NCBI GenBank assembly: GCA_003599275.1
Contig: QZJG01000005.1
Location: forward strand, 24,583 to 88,582
Length of the DNA: 64,000 bases
From: Nitrospiraceae bacterium
GTDB lineage: Bacteria > Nitrospirota > Thermodesulfovibrionia > UBA6902
Reading direction: 5' to 3'
Shown here: positions 18,816-28,700 of the stretch, piece after piece
Numbering within the stretch: the stretch's first letter is position 1
Layout of the letters: each line of letters starts with the position of its first letter
Notes under the pieces: generated by a model
Told to the model about the DNA's origin: nothing
Databases searched by the model: none
The model's input: the letters and a program-made list of their open reading frames with translations, nothing else
Made by a program: the position numbers and the translations under genes

Positions 18816-18947
18816 GTCATTGCGAGAACCCTAAGGGTTCGTGGCAATCTTCCTTGAGATTGCGGAGTTTATCCCCAGCGATAAAAAGAGATTGCTTCGG
18901 TCGTATCGACCTCGCAATGACGAAGCGAGGGACCTGCTCGCAATGAC
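18816..18947. repeat. composite REP-like element (GTCATTGCGA...GCAATGAC, nested)
   Basis: Nested GCAATCT/AGATTGC and GCAATGAC arms; the core is an inverted copy of the core of 25185-25297. Confidence 0.8.
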
Positions 18948-18966
18948 AACTTCCTATCTCTATTCT

Positions 18967-19659
18967 TCAGTCCGGCAGATGCTTAAATACTGCGGACAAG
19001 ATCCTGTAACCCACTACCGCAATACCTTTAAGGTTCCCCGTAAGTTTTGATTTCCCGGTCCCTTTGCGGTAACTGACCGGCACTTCGGTTATCCTGAATT
19101 TCTTCTTGACAGCCTTGATCTGCATCTCGACTGTCCATCCGAGGTTGTCCTGCATATCAAGCTCCAGCAGCCTGCTGAATTTAATGGCCCTGAACGGGCC
19201 TACGTCCGTGTACTTGAATCCGTATAATAATCTTATTAATGTCGCAGCCAGCCAGTTACCAAAACGGACCGGAGCACGAAGCGCGCCCTTTTCCGCCTTT
19301 CCCAAAACACGCGAGCCTAAAACAAGGTCGTAATCTTCATTTATTATCGGCGTGACAAGCCTGGTGATTTCATCCGGATGGTCACTGTAATTCCCGTCCG
19401 CAAAAACCACGATGTCCGGATTCCGTGTCTTCAGGTATTCAATCCCCTTAAGACATGGATAGCCATAGCCCCTTTTGGACTCGGACAGGAGGGTCGCCCC
19501 CCGCTCCCTGGCTATATCGGGCGTCCTGTCACTGCTGCCGTTGTCTATTACGACAACCTCGCTTACCACATCCATCGGCATGTCCTCAAGGACAAGAGGC
19601 AACGTCTTCTCCTCGTTCAGCGCCGGTATTATCACGGCTATTTTTTTGTCGATCGGCAT
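18967..19659 (-). CDS. GT2 glycosyltransferase, polyprenol-phosphate-sugar synthase (DPM1)-like
   Basis: IIPALNEE, IDNGSSD, GYGYPC, DLVLGSR, TDVGPFRAI, GWTVEMQ, EVPVSYR; DxD reads DGN. Confidence 0.9.
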   Translation of the reverse strand: MPIDKKIAVIIPALNEEKTLPLVLEDMPMDVVSEVVVIDNGSSDRTPDIARERGATLLSESKRGYGYPCLKGIEYLKTRNPDIVVFADGNYSDHPDEITRLVTPIINEDYDLVLGSRVLGKAEKGALRAPVRFGNWLAATLIRLLYGFKYTDVGPFRAIKFSRLLELDMQDNLGWTVEMQIKAVKKKFRITEVPVSYRKGTGKSKLTGNLKGIAVVGYRILSAVFKHLPD

Positions 19660-19666
19660 TTTTCCC

Positions 19667-19816
19667 TCACCTGAACAAATCCGGAAACTCTCTCCACCAC
19701 TTTATCTGGTTTTCAAAAAACAATGTTCTTTCCGGTACCGTGAAATACAGCGCCGCCATCAGAAATACGATTACCATAAACAATATAAAAAATATTTTTT
19801 CTCTGTCAGCCTTCAT
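19667..19816 (-). CDS. 49-aa single-TM small protein (not in ORF track)
   Basis: MKADREKIFFILFMVIVFLMAALYFTVPERTLFFENQIKWWREFPDLFR*; overlaps the upstream gene by 11 nt and stops 7 nt before the next ATG. Confidence 0.6.
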   Translation of the reverse strand: MKADREKIFFILFMVIVFLMAALYFTVPERTLFFENQIKWWREFPDLFR

Positions 19817-21770
19817 CTTTGTTGAATTTCAGGACCTTGTAGTTTTCATCGGCGTAGACCGTCCTGAATCTCTCTTTAAGCCTGCCCAGCCATCCAAGAG
19901 ATGAACGTGCCTTTTCTTCCCTGTCAATCCATTTATCTTCTTCCGAATTCCGCCTGATTAATACATGTGTCGTATTGCTGTGTCTCAACATTTTCAGCCA
20001 TTCATTATAATGGTCGGCCTTGATATAAGCCACCTTGTTTGAAAAAGCGCTGTTCCATAAAGGGGTCAGAAACAGGGGTTCAAAGGTATGAGCAAGGACG
20101 TCGCCGCCTGATATGTTTCTGCCAAGCCATATCCAGTATCCATATTCCTGGCGCGCGTGCAGATCGATACTGAATGCGTTGTGCTGCGCAAGGGTGCGTT
20201 CATTTGCAGGCAGATGCATGAACTTCTTGATCTGCAACGGCATAACGCAAGGCGAGTTCGCTGTAAAGGCTGTATAACCGGCAAGCGCCAGGGCGATGAT
20301 CTTCAACACGTTTCCTCTTTTACCAAAATAATCGAGCATAAGTCCGAAGGACAATACCCCTGATCCAAAGAGGAAGATAACATATCTCGAATTCCAGTTT
20401 CTGGTATGAATAAGGAATGTAACAAAAAGTACGGCGCTTACCGAAAGAAAACCGTATCGCCTTTTAACCAGGGCATATACGATGGAAAACAGCAAACCCG
20501 GCAGGAACAGGACAAACCACAGGGGGCCGAAACCGCTTACCCGCGAGTCATAGAAATAATATTCGACCCGTTCCATCCAGACATACAGTATCCTTTTAAC
20601 GGGCGACAGGCCTTCAAAGACCGGCGGAAGCGGTTCGATGAATTCCTTGTATAATCCCTTGAAGATTGTAACATTGAATACGGAAACCTCCATGGGATAT
20701 ACAGGGCTGCCGTAAAGTATCCAGTTTTTGATGTACCAGTAGCCTCCTATTAAAATCGCCGGGACCGCAAAATACAGGAGATAGGGTTTAATGCCCAGGA
20801 CCGGCCTCCCCTTTACCATCTCCTGCGCCCAGAAAAAGGCCGACAGCACAATAACAAATAAAGGGCCCGATCCTTTTGCTCCGAGCAATATCCCCGTTGC
20901 CAGCCCGGCCAATAAAACAGGGAGGGAAGAGGGGACCCGGGACTGGCGGGAAGAAGGATTGCTGTGCAAAAGAAAATTGATCGCGGCAAGAAACAGCGCA
21001 GACACCGTGACATCGATATAGTTTGTCGTGACCTGAAGAATTGTTATGGGCGCGAAGAAGAAAAGCAGGGCCGAATAAATCGCGTTCCTCCCGCTGATAT
21101 TTATTTTTACGGCAATGCCGTAGACTGCAAAGATGCCGATTATGACAAAAAGGAGCTGGCCCAGGTCCGCTATGACGTCAGACCGCAGGAATATTATGTT
21201 CCATATAAAAAGCAGTTCAGCATTCTTCGGAAAAATATTCATAAACTGGGTGATCATCGAGAAGACAGGATTTTCCTGTATGGCGCCGCTCTGGATGATA
21301 TAGCCCGCCATCGGCAGATGATACCAGATCGCGTCCCATGCATAAGAGGGGAAAAGGTATCCCAAAAAGATTGCCCAGCACATAGTTATTGAAAACAGGA
21401 CGATCAGCAAAAGCAGTATGAAGTCCTTTTTAATTATGCCGGCAAGGCGTATTGTCCTGTCATTAAGTTCATTCAGGATGCCGCTGACAAATGGTTTGAT
21501 ATTCTCTTCATGGCCCATTTTGCCGTGGAATAAAGCGCCGGCCAGGACAACCGATGATATGGAAAGGTTAAGCAGAAACAGGGGAACTGCGTAAAGACTC
21601 CTGAACAATACACCAAGCAGAAGCTCTGTCAGAATTATCTGCGTTAAACAGAGTACCAGGGCGCCTGTTACTCTGTCGATGAAAGGTAAAATGTCTCTCT
21701 TCCTGAAAAGGAATATGTGCCAGGAGGAAAACAGGAGAAGATTGATACTTATATATGCTGCGGTGTTCAA
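19806..21770 (-). CDS. polytopic membrane protein, GT-C (ArnT/PMT-like) glycosyltransferase candidate
   Basis: More than 10 TM segments; WDAIWYHLP, NYIDV, GAKGSG, WYIKNW..YGSPVYP, SRY motifs typical of GT-C-like proteins. Confidence 0.65.
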   Translation of the reverse strand: MNTAAYISINLLLFSSWHIFLFRKRDILPFIDRVTGALVLCLTQIILTELLLGVLFRSLYAVPLFLLNLSISSVVLAGALFHGKMGHEENIKPFVSGILNELNDRTIRLAGIIKKDFILLLLIVLFSITMCWAIFLGYLFPSYAWDAIWYHLPMAGYIIQSGAIQENPVFSMITQFMNIFPKNAELLFIWNIIFLRSDVIADLGQLLFVIIGIFAVYGIAVKINISGRNAIYSALLFFFAPITILQVTTNYIDVTVSALFLAAINFLLHSNPSSRQSRVPSSLPVLLAGLATGILLGAKGSGPLFVIVLSAFFWAQEMVKGRPVLGIKPYLLYFAVPAILIGGYWYIKNWILYGSPVYPMEVSVFNVTIFKGLYKEFIEPLPPVFEGLSPVKRILYVWMERVEYYFYDSRVSGFGPLWFVLFLPGLLFSIVYALVKRRYGFLSVSAVLFVTFLIHTRNWNSRYVIFLFGSGVLSFGLMLDYFGKRGNVLKIIALALAGYTAFTANSPCVMPLQIKKFMHLPANERTLAQHNAFSIDLHARQEYGYWIWLGRNISGGDVLAHTFEPLFLTPLWNSAFSNKVAYIKADHYNEWLKMLRHSNTTHVLIRRNSEEDKWIDREEKARSSLGWLGRLKERFRTVYADENYKVLKFNKDEG

Positions 21771-22384
21771 TCAGTCAAAACAGTTCCAGAACCTTCTGAA
21801 ACTGCAGTCCGTCATTTCATGATAGCGCCTTAACCGGGCTTCAGCCTCGTCCTTCATCCCCATTTTTCCGTAGACTGCCGCGATGTCCCACAACGCATAA
21901 CGGTGTGAGGGGTCTTCTTCAAGGACCTTTTGGTATTGTGCCAGGGCTTCTTCATATTGGCCGCTTTCCACGTAAATGGAAGCCATATCATATAATGCAT
22001 GAACATTTCCCGGATTTATCTCCAATGCCTTTTTATAGCGGGCCATGGCTTTTTCGTAATCGCGTTTTTCCTTGTAAACATATCCCAGGTCATAATTGGC
22101 AAAAGGATGACCGGGGAAAATATCGAGGAGTTTTTTGTACGCAACCTCCGCTTTATCGTAATCTTTCCTTTCTTTGTAGGTCAATCCGATCTGGTAATAA
22201 GCATATGCGTCATCCGGATTTGACTTAACGGCCTCTGTGAACTCTTCGACGGCCTTGTCCTGCAAATTTAAGGTCTGATAAAAGATTGCGAGGAGGGTAT
22301 GCCTGTTATCGACAACATAAAAAGATAATATTGCTAAGAGGGAACCCGCTATCAGGGTATAGATAATTTTTTTTTATTCTTCAT
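21771..22384 (-). CDS. membrane-anchored TPR protein with an apparent frameshift in an A9 tract just after the start codon
   Basis: About 4 TPRs (AYYQIG, ANYDLG, ALYDMA, ALWDIA); frame extends upstream through a TM helix to TAA at 22374-76; ATG at 22384 is one base out of frame. Confidence 0.75.
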
Positions 22385-22488
22385 CTCTGAAAATCTTCAA
22401 TCTTGTCAGCCTGAACAGAAATTCCCCAACACATTTCCTGAATAGTCAATTCCTCGCAAACTGTGAAACCATCGCTTGCCCGGTTTGT

Positions 22489-23472
22489 TTAGTGCACGTA
22501 GACCACGGCCAAACCGAAGGTTTCTCCCAGGGCGCTGTTTTTTGTCTTGAACTCGCCAACACCCGACAGGTCCCTGTTGTATGAAACTACCGTCTGCCAT
22601 TTAGGAGTTATGTTAAACTGAAGCCCTGCGTAGGCATTCAAACTGGACGACTCAAGCGCAAGGGTATCCTGGATAAGCGCCCCCTCGGCATGATTGTTGG
22701 CTGCTGTTCCTGTTTCGAAGCTTTTCGTTATAAGCTCATTTGAAACCTCTGCGTTTCCAAGTGCCTTTGTCCATGCCACATACGCCACTGCTGATAACCA
22801 GGACGTGAGGGGATAACCGCCACCGAAGGAAACCTTGAGCTGATCGGATGGCTTAAATGTGACCGGGTCAAACTTTTCGTTTTCAAATCTGTACTTATAT
22901 CCTGTATTAAGCCATGCATATCCTTTGCCGAAACCCCTTCCTAACAGGATCGCCAAAGTCGCGTCGTACTGGCCGTCCCCCAAACTTAAATCCTCAAGCG
23001 GGTGGCCGTAGTGATATGCTTCAGGGATCTTTACTTCCCCCTGTAGAGACATCAGTGCCCCGGAACCTAACAGGTTTTGAACAAGATTATATCTCAGGCC
23101 CAGGTTAATATCGCCTATTCCGTTTGGTCCGTCTTCTCCTGCAAACTTCATGGTATCATTGGAACGCTGCCGGTCATACGGCACCGACCCATAGACAGTG
23201 AGTGTATCGATAATCCCATATTCTCCGTAATACGTCACCTTGCTCGATGTAAACTCTTCTTCTTCGTTCCTGAAGACCCTTGAATGTGTATTGACTATCT
23301 CATCGCTCGCGTTCCTCTCGATAGTCGTGAATTTCTTTGTCGTCTTGTAATAACTCAAAGTAAGCTGATTGTAAGAATGGCCCTTTGCCTGCGTCCATGC
23401 AGAAAAAGCCTCGCCGGAAAGAAAAATGCATACCGCCAACATCAGAAACATCGTAAAGATATTTTTCCTCAT
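22489..23472 (-). CDS. putative outer-membrane beta-barrel protein
   Basis: Cleavable signal peptide (AFSAW), amphipathic beta pattern, GIGDINLGLRY, LGDGQYD, terminal strand GETFGLAVVYVH. Confidence 0.65.
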   Translation of the reverse strand: MRKNIFTMFLMLAVCIFLSGEAFSAWTQAKGHSYNQLTLSYYKTTKKFTTIERNASDEIVNTHSRVFRNEEEEFTSSKVTYYGEYGIIDTLTVYGSVPYDRQRSNDTMKFAGEDGPNGIGDINLGLRYNLVQNLLGSGALMSLQGEVKIPEAYHYGHPLEDLSLGDGQYDATLAILLGRGFGKGYAWLNTGYKYRFENEKFDPVTFKPSDQLKVSFGGGYPLTSWLSAVAYVAWTKALGNAEVSNELITKSFETGTAANNHAEGALIQDTLALESSSLNAYAGLQFNITPKWQTVVSYNRDLSGVGEFKTKNSALGETFGLAVVYVH

Positions 23473-23534
23473 AACATTTTGCTCCTTTGAAGTGGAATTT
23501 ATTTACTAAGGTACAACAACCCTTCACCAACAGA

Positions 23535-25055
23535 CTAAGCAGCAATTACATCTTCAGTATTTCGCCTGGAAATCAGATGGCGTACAAGACGGTTTGAAAT
23601 CAACCGTCCTAATATTACTTGATAAAGCGACAAAAAAGCAACATAGAAATAACCTACCTGGAAAATCATAAGGAAAGGAATAGACACGTAAACTCTGTTT
23701 ATAAAAGCAAAGTAAATATTGAATGTAAAATATATCCCCAGGAGCAATTCAAGAATTACCAGCAAGTTGATCTCTCCCCTGTATTTCTTGCCGAACCACC
23801 GGTCCCTCTTCTTTTCAATCATGTATTTCGGCGTCCGTTTGAATTCGGTCTTTTTGTTGAACAGCGCCTCAAGCACCGCCTTTGAATTATTTACGGTGAG
23901 ACCTATCCCGAGAGACATCAGCATGGGCATATAAACCAGTCTTGATTTCCAGTCTTTATAAGCTTCTTTCTGGGAGCACAGATAAAAAAATGATATGCCG
24001 GTCGTCGCCACAAGCAAAAAAGGCACGTCTGCCACAAGCATCTGGAACCATCCGATGTTTATCCTCGCAACCATGGACGGATACATCAATACCGAGAGCA
24101 GCAACATGAGCAGATACGACATATTGTTTGTCAAATGGAAAAAAGCCTCCACTTTCACCTTTAGCGGGAGGTCGCTCTTTATGATCTGCGGGAGCAATTT
24201 CTTTGCCGTCTGTATCGAGCCCTTGGCCCACCTGTTCTGCTGGCTCTTGAACGCGTTGACATCAACGGGGATTTCCGAGGGAGAAGTTTCATCCTTCAGA
24301 AAAATAAATTTCCATCCTTTAAGCTGCGATCTGTAGCTCAGATCGAGGTCTTCCGTAAGGGTGTCATGCTGCCAGCCTCCTGCCGATTCTATGGCTTCCC
24401 TTCTCCAGACGCCTGCTGTCCCGTTGAAGTTGAAAAACCGCCCGGACCAGTTCCTCGCGGTGTGCTCTATGACGAAATGTCCGTCAAGCATAATGGCCTG
24501 AATTTTGGTCAGGAATGAATAGTCCCTGTTCAGATACGACCATCTCGTCTGTACCATGCCGACGGATTTGTCGGCAAAATAATGAATGGTCTTTTGCAAC
24601 ACGGCAGCCTGGGGCACGAAATCAGCGTCAAACACCGCAACCAGTTCGCCTTTGGCAGTCCTGAGTCCATGCTCAAGAGCGCCGCTTTTAAATCCTTCCC
24701 TGCTGCCGCGATGGATGTAATGAATATCGTGTCCTTTCTTCCGGAACTCATCTACGCATTCCCTGGCGACGACCGTTGTTTCATCCGTAGAATCGTCAAG
24801 CACCTGTATATCAAGAAGCTCCCCGGGATATTCAATTTCACAGGAAGCGGCAATCAGTCGCCTGACAACATACATCTCGTTATATATGGGGAGCTGAATG
24901 GTAACGCGGGGGAGCTTGTCCAGCTTTCCCTTGAGCTGAGGTCTGTCTTTCCGGTGCCTGTAATAAAGATATACCATGTAATAGCGGTGGGATGCGTAAA
25001 TAAAAACCGTTATCAGGACGAGAAAATATATTATTAAAAATAAATAAAGCAGCAT
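23535..25055 (-). CDS. processive GT2 glycan synthase (cellulose synthase / CslA-like)
   Basis: QLPIYNE, QVLDDSTD, GFKSGAL, FDADF, FNGTAGVWR, TEDLDLSYR, QQNRWAKG (D,D,D,QxxRW); C-terminal TMs; start set at ATG 25055 downstream of the promoter. Confidence 0.92.
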   Translation of the reverse strand: MLLYLFLIIYFLVLITVFIYASHRYYMVYLYYRHRKDRPQLKGKLDKLPRVTIQLPIYNEMYVVRRLIAASCEIEYPGELLDIQVLDDSTDETTVVARECVDEFRKKGHDIHYIHRGSREGFKSGALEHGLRTAKGELVAVFDADFVPQAAVLQKTIHYFADKSVGMVQTRWSYLNRDYSFLTKIQAIMLDGHFVIEHTARNWSGRFFNFNGTAGVWRREAIESAGGWQHDTLTEDLDLSYRSQLKGWKFIFLKDETSPSEIPVDVNAFKSQQNRWAKGSIQTAKKLLPQIIKSDLPLKVKVEAFFHLTNNMSYLLMLLLSVLMYPSMVARINIGWFQMLVADVPFLLVATTGISFFYLCSQKEAYKDWKSRLVYMPMLMSLGIGLTVNNSKAVLEALFNKKTEFKRTPKYMIEKKRDRWFGKKYRGEINLLVILELLLGIYFTFNIYFAFINRVYVSIPFLMIFQVGYFYVAFLSLYQVILGRLISNRLVRHLISRRNTEDVIAA

Positions 25056-25098
25056 ATGAGCAACCCCTGTAAAATGATAGAAAAATTTATGAAGAGCC

Positions 25099-25128
25099 AT
25101 TATAACACACAGCAAATCCTGCAAGCAA
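25099..25128 (-). promoter_or_regulatory. sigma70-type promoter for the glycosyltransferase cluster
   Basis: Minus strand TTGCTT-18-TATAAT with extended TGn. Confidence 0.55.
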
Positions 25129-25184
25129 ACAAAATTTCATGAGAATTGTAACCCCTCAGTTACGGGTGCAATGCTGCCGAAGTT

Positions 25185-25297
25185 GTCATTCCCGCAAGCC
25201 CCTCGCTTCGTCATTGCGAAGCAATCTCTTTTTATCGCTCGGATAAACTCCGCAATCTCAAAGAAGATTGCCTCGGTCGTATCGACCTCGCAATGAC
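25185..25297. repeat. composite REP-like element
   Basis: GTCATT...GCAATGAC; contains the reverse complement of GAGATTGCGGAGTTTATCC..AGCGATAAAAAGAGATTGCTTC seen at about 18856-18898. Confidence 0.8.
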
Positions 25298-25387
25298 AGG
25301 GAATTCAAGCGTTACAGCTCCATGTCTATTTCAGTGTCTTGTAATCAACTACTTGCTTTTAAAACATATGTGACCATATATTAATAC

Positions 25388-25723
25388 ATGGAACAATGGT
25401 CGGGCGAATACCCTGCTGATATGTCTCCTTTAAACTGGACCGTAATACTGAAGGCCCTCGCCGATAAAAACCGTTTACAGATCATCCACGAGCTCTTAAA
25501 GCATGAAGCTACCGTCAATGAATTATCAGATGCCCTCAATCTGAAGGTATACAATATGTCCAAACATCTTAAAGTCCTCGAGGCAAGCGGATTGCTTCAG
25601 AAAAGGAAAAACGGCAGCCGAAGAATATACAATATTACAGAGCAGCTCATGTCCCGCCTGTCCGAAGACAGGCAGGTCCTGGATCTGGGTTGCTGCAAAT
25701 TCATATTCGTTTCGGAGAAGTAA
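25388..25723 (+). CDS. ArsR/SmtB-family transcriptional regulator with C-terminal Cys-Cys
   Basis: LKALADKNRLQII...ATVNEL...SKHLKVLEASGL; C-terminal DLGCCKF. Confidence 0.9.
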   Translation: MEQWSGEYPADMSPLNWTVILKALADKNRLQIIHELLKHEATVNELSDALNLKVYNMSKHLKVLEASGLLQKRKNGSRRIYNITEQLMSRLSEDRQVLDLGCCKFIFVSEK

Positions 25724-25741
25724 CCTTATTTCCGGGGAATC

Positions 25742-28700
25742 ATGGCAAGGCATCAAAAACGATACGGAATGCTGGTCAACCTTGACAGGTGCGTAGGATG
25801 CTATGCATGTCAGGTGACGTGCAAGGCAGAGTATGACATCCCCTTCGGCGCTTTCCGCTGCAAGGTCGAAACATACCGGTCCGGCTGCTATCCGGATATT
25901 ACAAAAATTTTCATCCCAAGGTTTTGCAACCACTGCGACAATGCCCCATGCATCGAGGAATGCAAAGAAGACGCCCTCTTCAAGAATGAGGACGGCGTCG
26001 TCATTTTAAAAAGTGATAAATGCGTGGGCTGCCGGATGTGCCGGGACAAATGTCCCTATAAGGCAATCGATATAAGTCCGGTCACAGGGCAGGCGGAGAA
26101 ATGCGACTTTTGCCATGGAAGGACAATAAATGGTCTCTTGCCTGTCTGTGTCCAAAGTTGCATGGGGAAGGCGCTTTTGTTCGGCGATATCAATGACCCG
26201 AAAAGCGATATCTCCCTTGAAATGGCAAAATCCGGCCTGAAGATTTTAAATCCCGAATACGGCACTAATCCATCTATTTTTTATGCATACAAGGGAGATG
26301 CCGGCAGCACGCCGTTAAAGGATTATGCACCCGTGGCCGGACGTTCAACGCGCCGCATAAAGGTCAAACACGACGGACAGGAGGGGGTGGCGGGAAAATT
26401 AATATATACGTCCGACGTCATGTGCCCTTCCGAATGCGGCATAGCCGTACTTGTGCAAGACGGCGTCGCAAAAAAAATTTACGGTAATCCCCACACCCTT
26501 GTGAATAACGGCGCATTTTGCGCAAAGGGCGCTGCGGGGCTGCAACTTACCTATTCCCCTCACAGGATCAAGACCCCTCTCATGAGGACAGGAGAAAGAG
26601 GGGAAGATAAATGGAAAGAGATAACATGGGAGGAGGCATCCGACCATATAGCAAAAAAACTGATCGGGATAAAAAACAGATACGGGCCGGAATCGGTATT
26701 CCTCGACTGCGGCGATGTTACGGACAGAGAGGCATACTACAGGCTCTTTCACGCCTTCGGCACGCCGAATACATACAATCACGGAAGCGTGTGCGACACA
26801 AACCGCAAATGGGGACAATTCATCATGACGGGAGACGAAAGGCCCCTTCCCGATGTCCAGAGACCTCTCCTGACAAGGGACGACAACAATGAGCTTCATC
26901 TTCATAACAGGCATGACGCCAGACTTATTTTAAACATCGGCGTCAACCCCTTTGTGGCGACGAGATTCAATTACATGTCGAAAGGGATAACGGCCGCCAG
27001 GCAGGAGAACGGGTGCATCTACATTGTCATTGACCCTGCATACACAAATTCAGCCGCTCACGCCGACATATGGCTCCCAATATTGCCGGGGACGGACACC
27101 GCGCTTCTCGCGGGGATGCTTTATTACATTGTTCAGAATGACGCGGAACACAAATATATCGACCATGATTTCATAAAAAATTACACAGCCGGATGGGAGG
27201 AATTCAAAGAAGCGTTTTTCTCACACACGGAAGCAACGGACCCGTCGAACGGCCTGCATTTTTTCACTCTCGAATGGACCGCGGAGAAGACCGGCATTTC
27301 AATAGAGAACATCATGAAGATATCTCACATGTTCGGCGCCACAAAACCGGCGTCGATCGAGATAGGGATGCACGGCACGGCGCACCACACAAACGGCGAC
27401 GTGGCCTCCATCCTCATGACCGCACTGTGCCTTATAACAGGCAACATGGACGTCCCCGGCGGACTTGTATTCACAGATTCGCAAAAACCCAAAAAAGGCG
27501 ACAGGACAATCGGGAAAGATTTTCTTGAGAAAATGGCCGATAGAAATATAAACGGCAGCAGCGTCAACGGCAGACTGACGGAGCTCAACAAGGACCTTTC
27601 CGGAGATTATCCCGCTGCATGGAAAGGGGTGTTAGCAGACCTGCCTCAAAAAATAAGGGACGGGATAAAGCTTAAACACGGTGCGTTCAAAGATTATTCC
27701 TATCCGGTAAAGGCCTTTATAACGAGGGCAGGCAATCCGGTAATCACGGCGGGCAGCACCCCCGACTGGATTGATGCATTGACATTGAAAGCCAACCCCC
27801 TTTTGCCGGCTTTCAACAATGAAGAGGCAGGAGGGCTTTTAAATGAATACCAGCTTGAGCTGATGGTGTTCATCGACACGCACATCACCGAGACCGGGAA
27901 GTATGCGGACATAATCCTTCCGGAAGCGGGCTTTCTCGAAAGGATGGGAACGAGCGATGTCTATACCATGAGTCCCGAAATTGCGATCAGGGACCAGGTC
28001 ATCAGGCCGCTTTATGCGTCCAGGACACCTTTTGATATTATGCTGGCCCTTTCCGACGCATTAACAAAAAACGGCGACCCTGATATAAGGACGGAAGATT
28101 TCAGGGGAAGGTATGAAAACGAAGAGGCCTTCATAAACGAGATATTAGCCGAAGCCCCTGGATTCAGCAATATCGGCGGACCGCTTCCATATCCCGATCT
28201 CCCTGAAGGATGTTTGATAATCGGGACGCCCGACAATCCATCGGCTGTATGGGGGAAAAAGGTCATAAAGCAGGGCGAAGCCCTTACCGTCGACTGGCTG
28301 AGAAGGCATAACGGCGTCGCGGTCTGGCCTGCAAGTTATTTCAGATACAAAAAATCCGATGGCTCTCCGTCCGGCATATATCCGAAAACAGCTTCAAGAA
28401 AATTCGAGTTTAAATTCGGCCGCCTCGAAGCCCTGAATAAAAAGTCAGGGACGGATTTCCCGTCCACCTTTTACTGGACGGACTGCAAATGGGACCCGAA
28501 AAACCCTTTATACAGGGACGCGAACAAAGAATACCCTTTTCAGTTGATAACCGGCAGGGTACATCATGCAATGACAATGACTGTGGTATGTCCTTACCTT
28601 GCAGAAACAGAGACCGAATGCATGCAAAGACTCAACGAAGAATTCAGGTCCGGCGAAACTCATTTTGCCGCAGGCTCGGTCTCGGTCCCGGTTTTCGCAA

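Noticed and set aside
26335-26365. RSTRR in the molybdoenzyme linker as a relic Tat signal
   Set aside because: No RRxFLK consensus and no following hydrophobic region
27790-27842. NPLLPAFNNEEAGGL segment as a decayed CCCC..GGG palindromic insertion
   Set aside because: Resemblance to the DUF559-type repeats is too degenerate to support without an alignment
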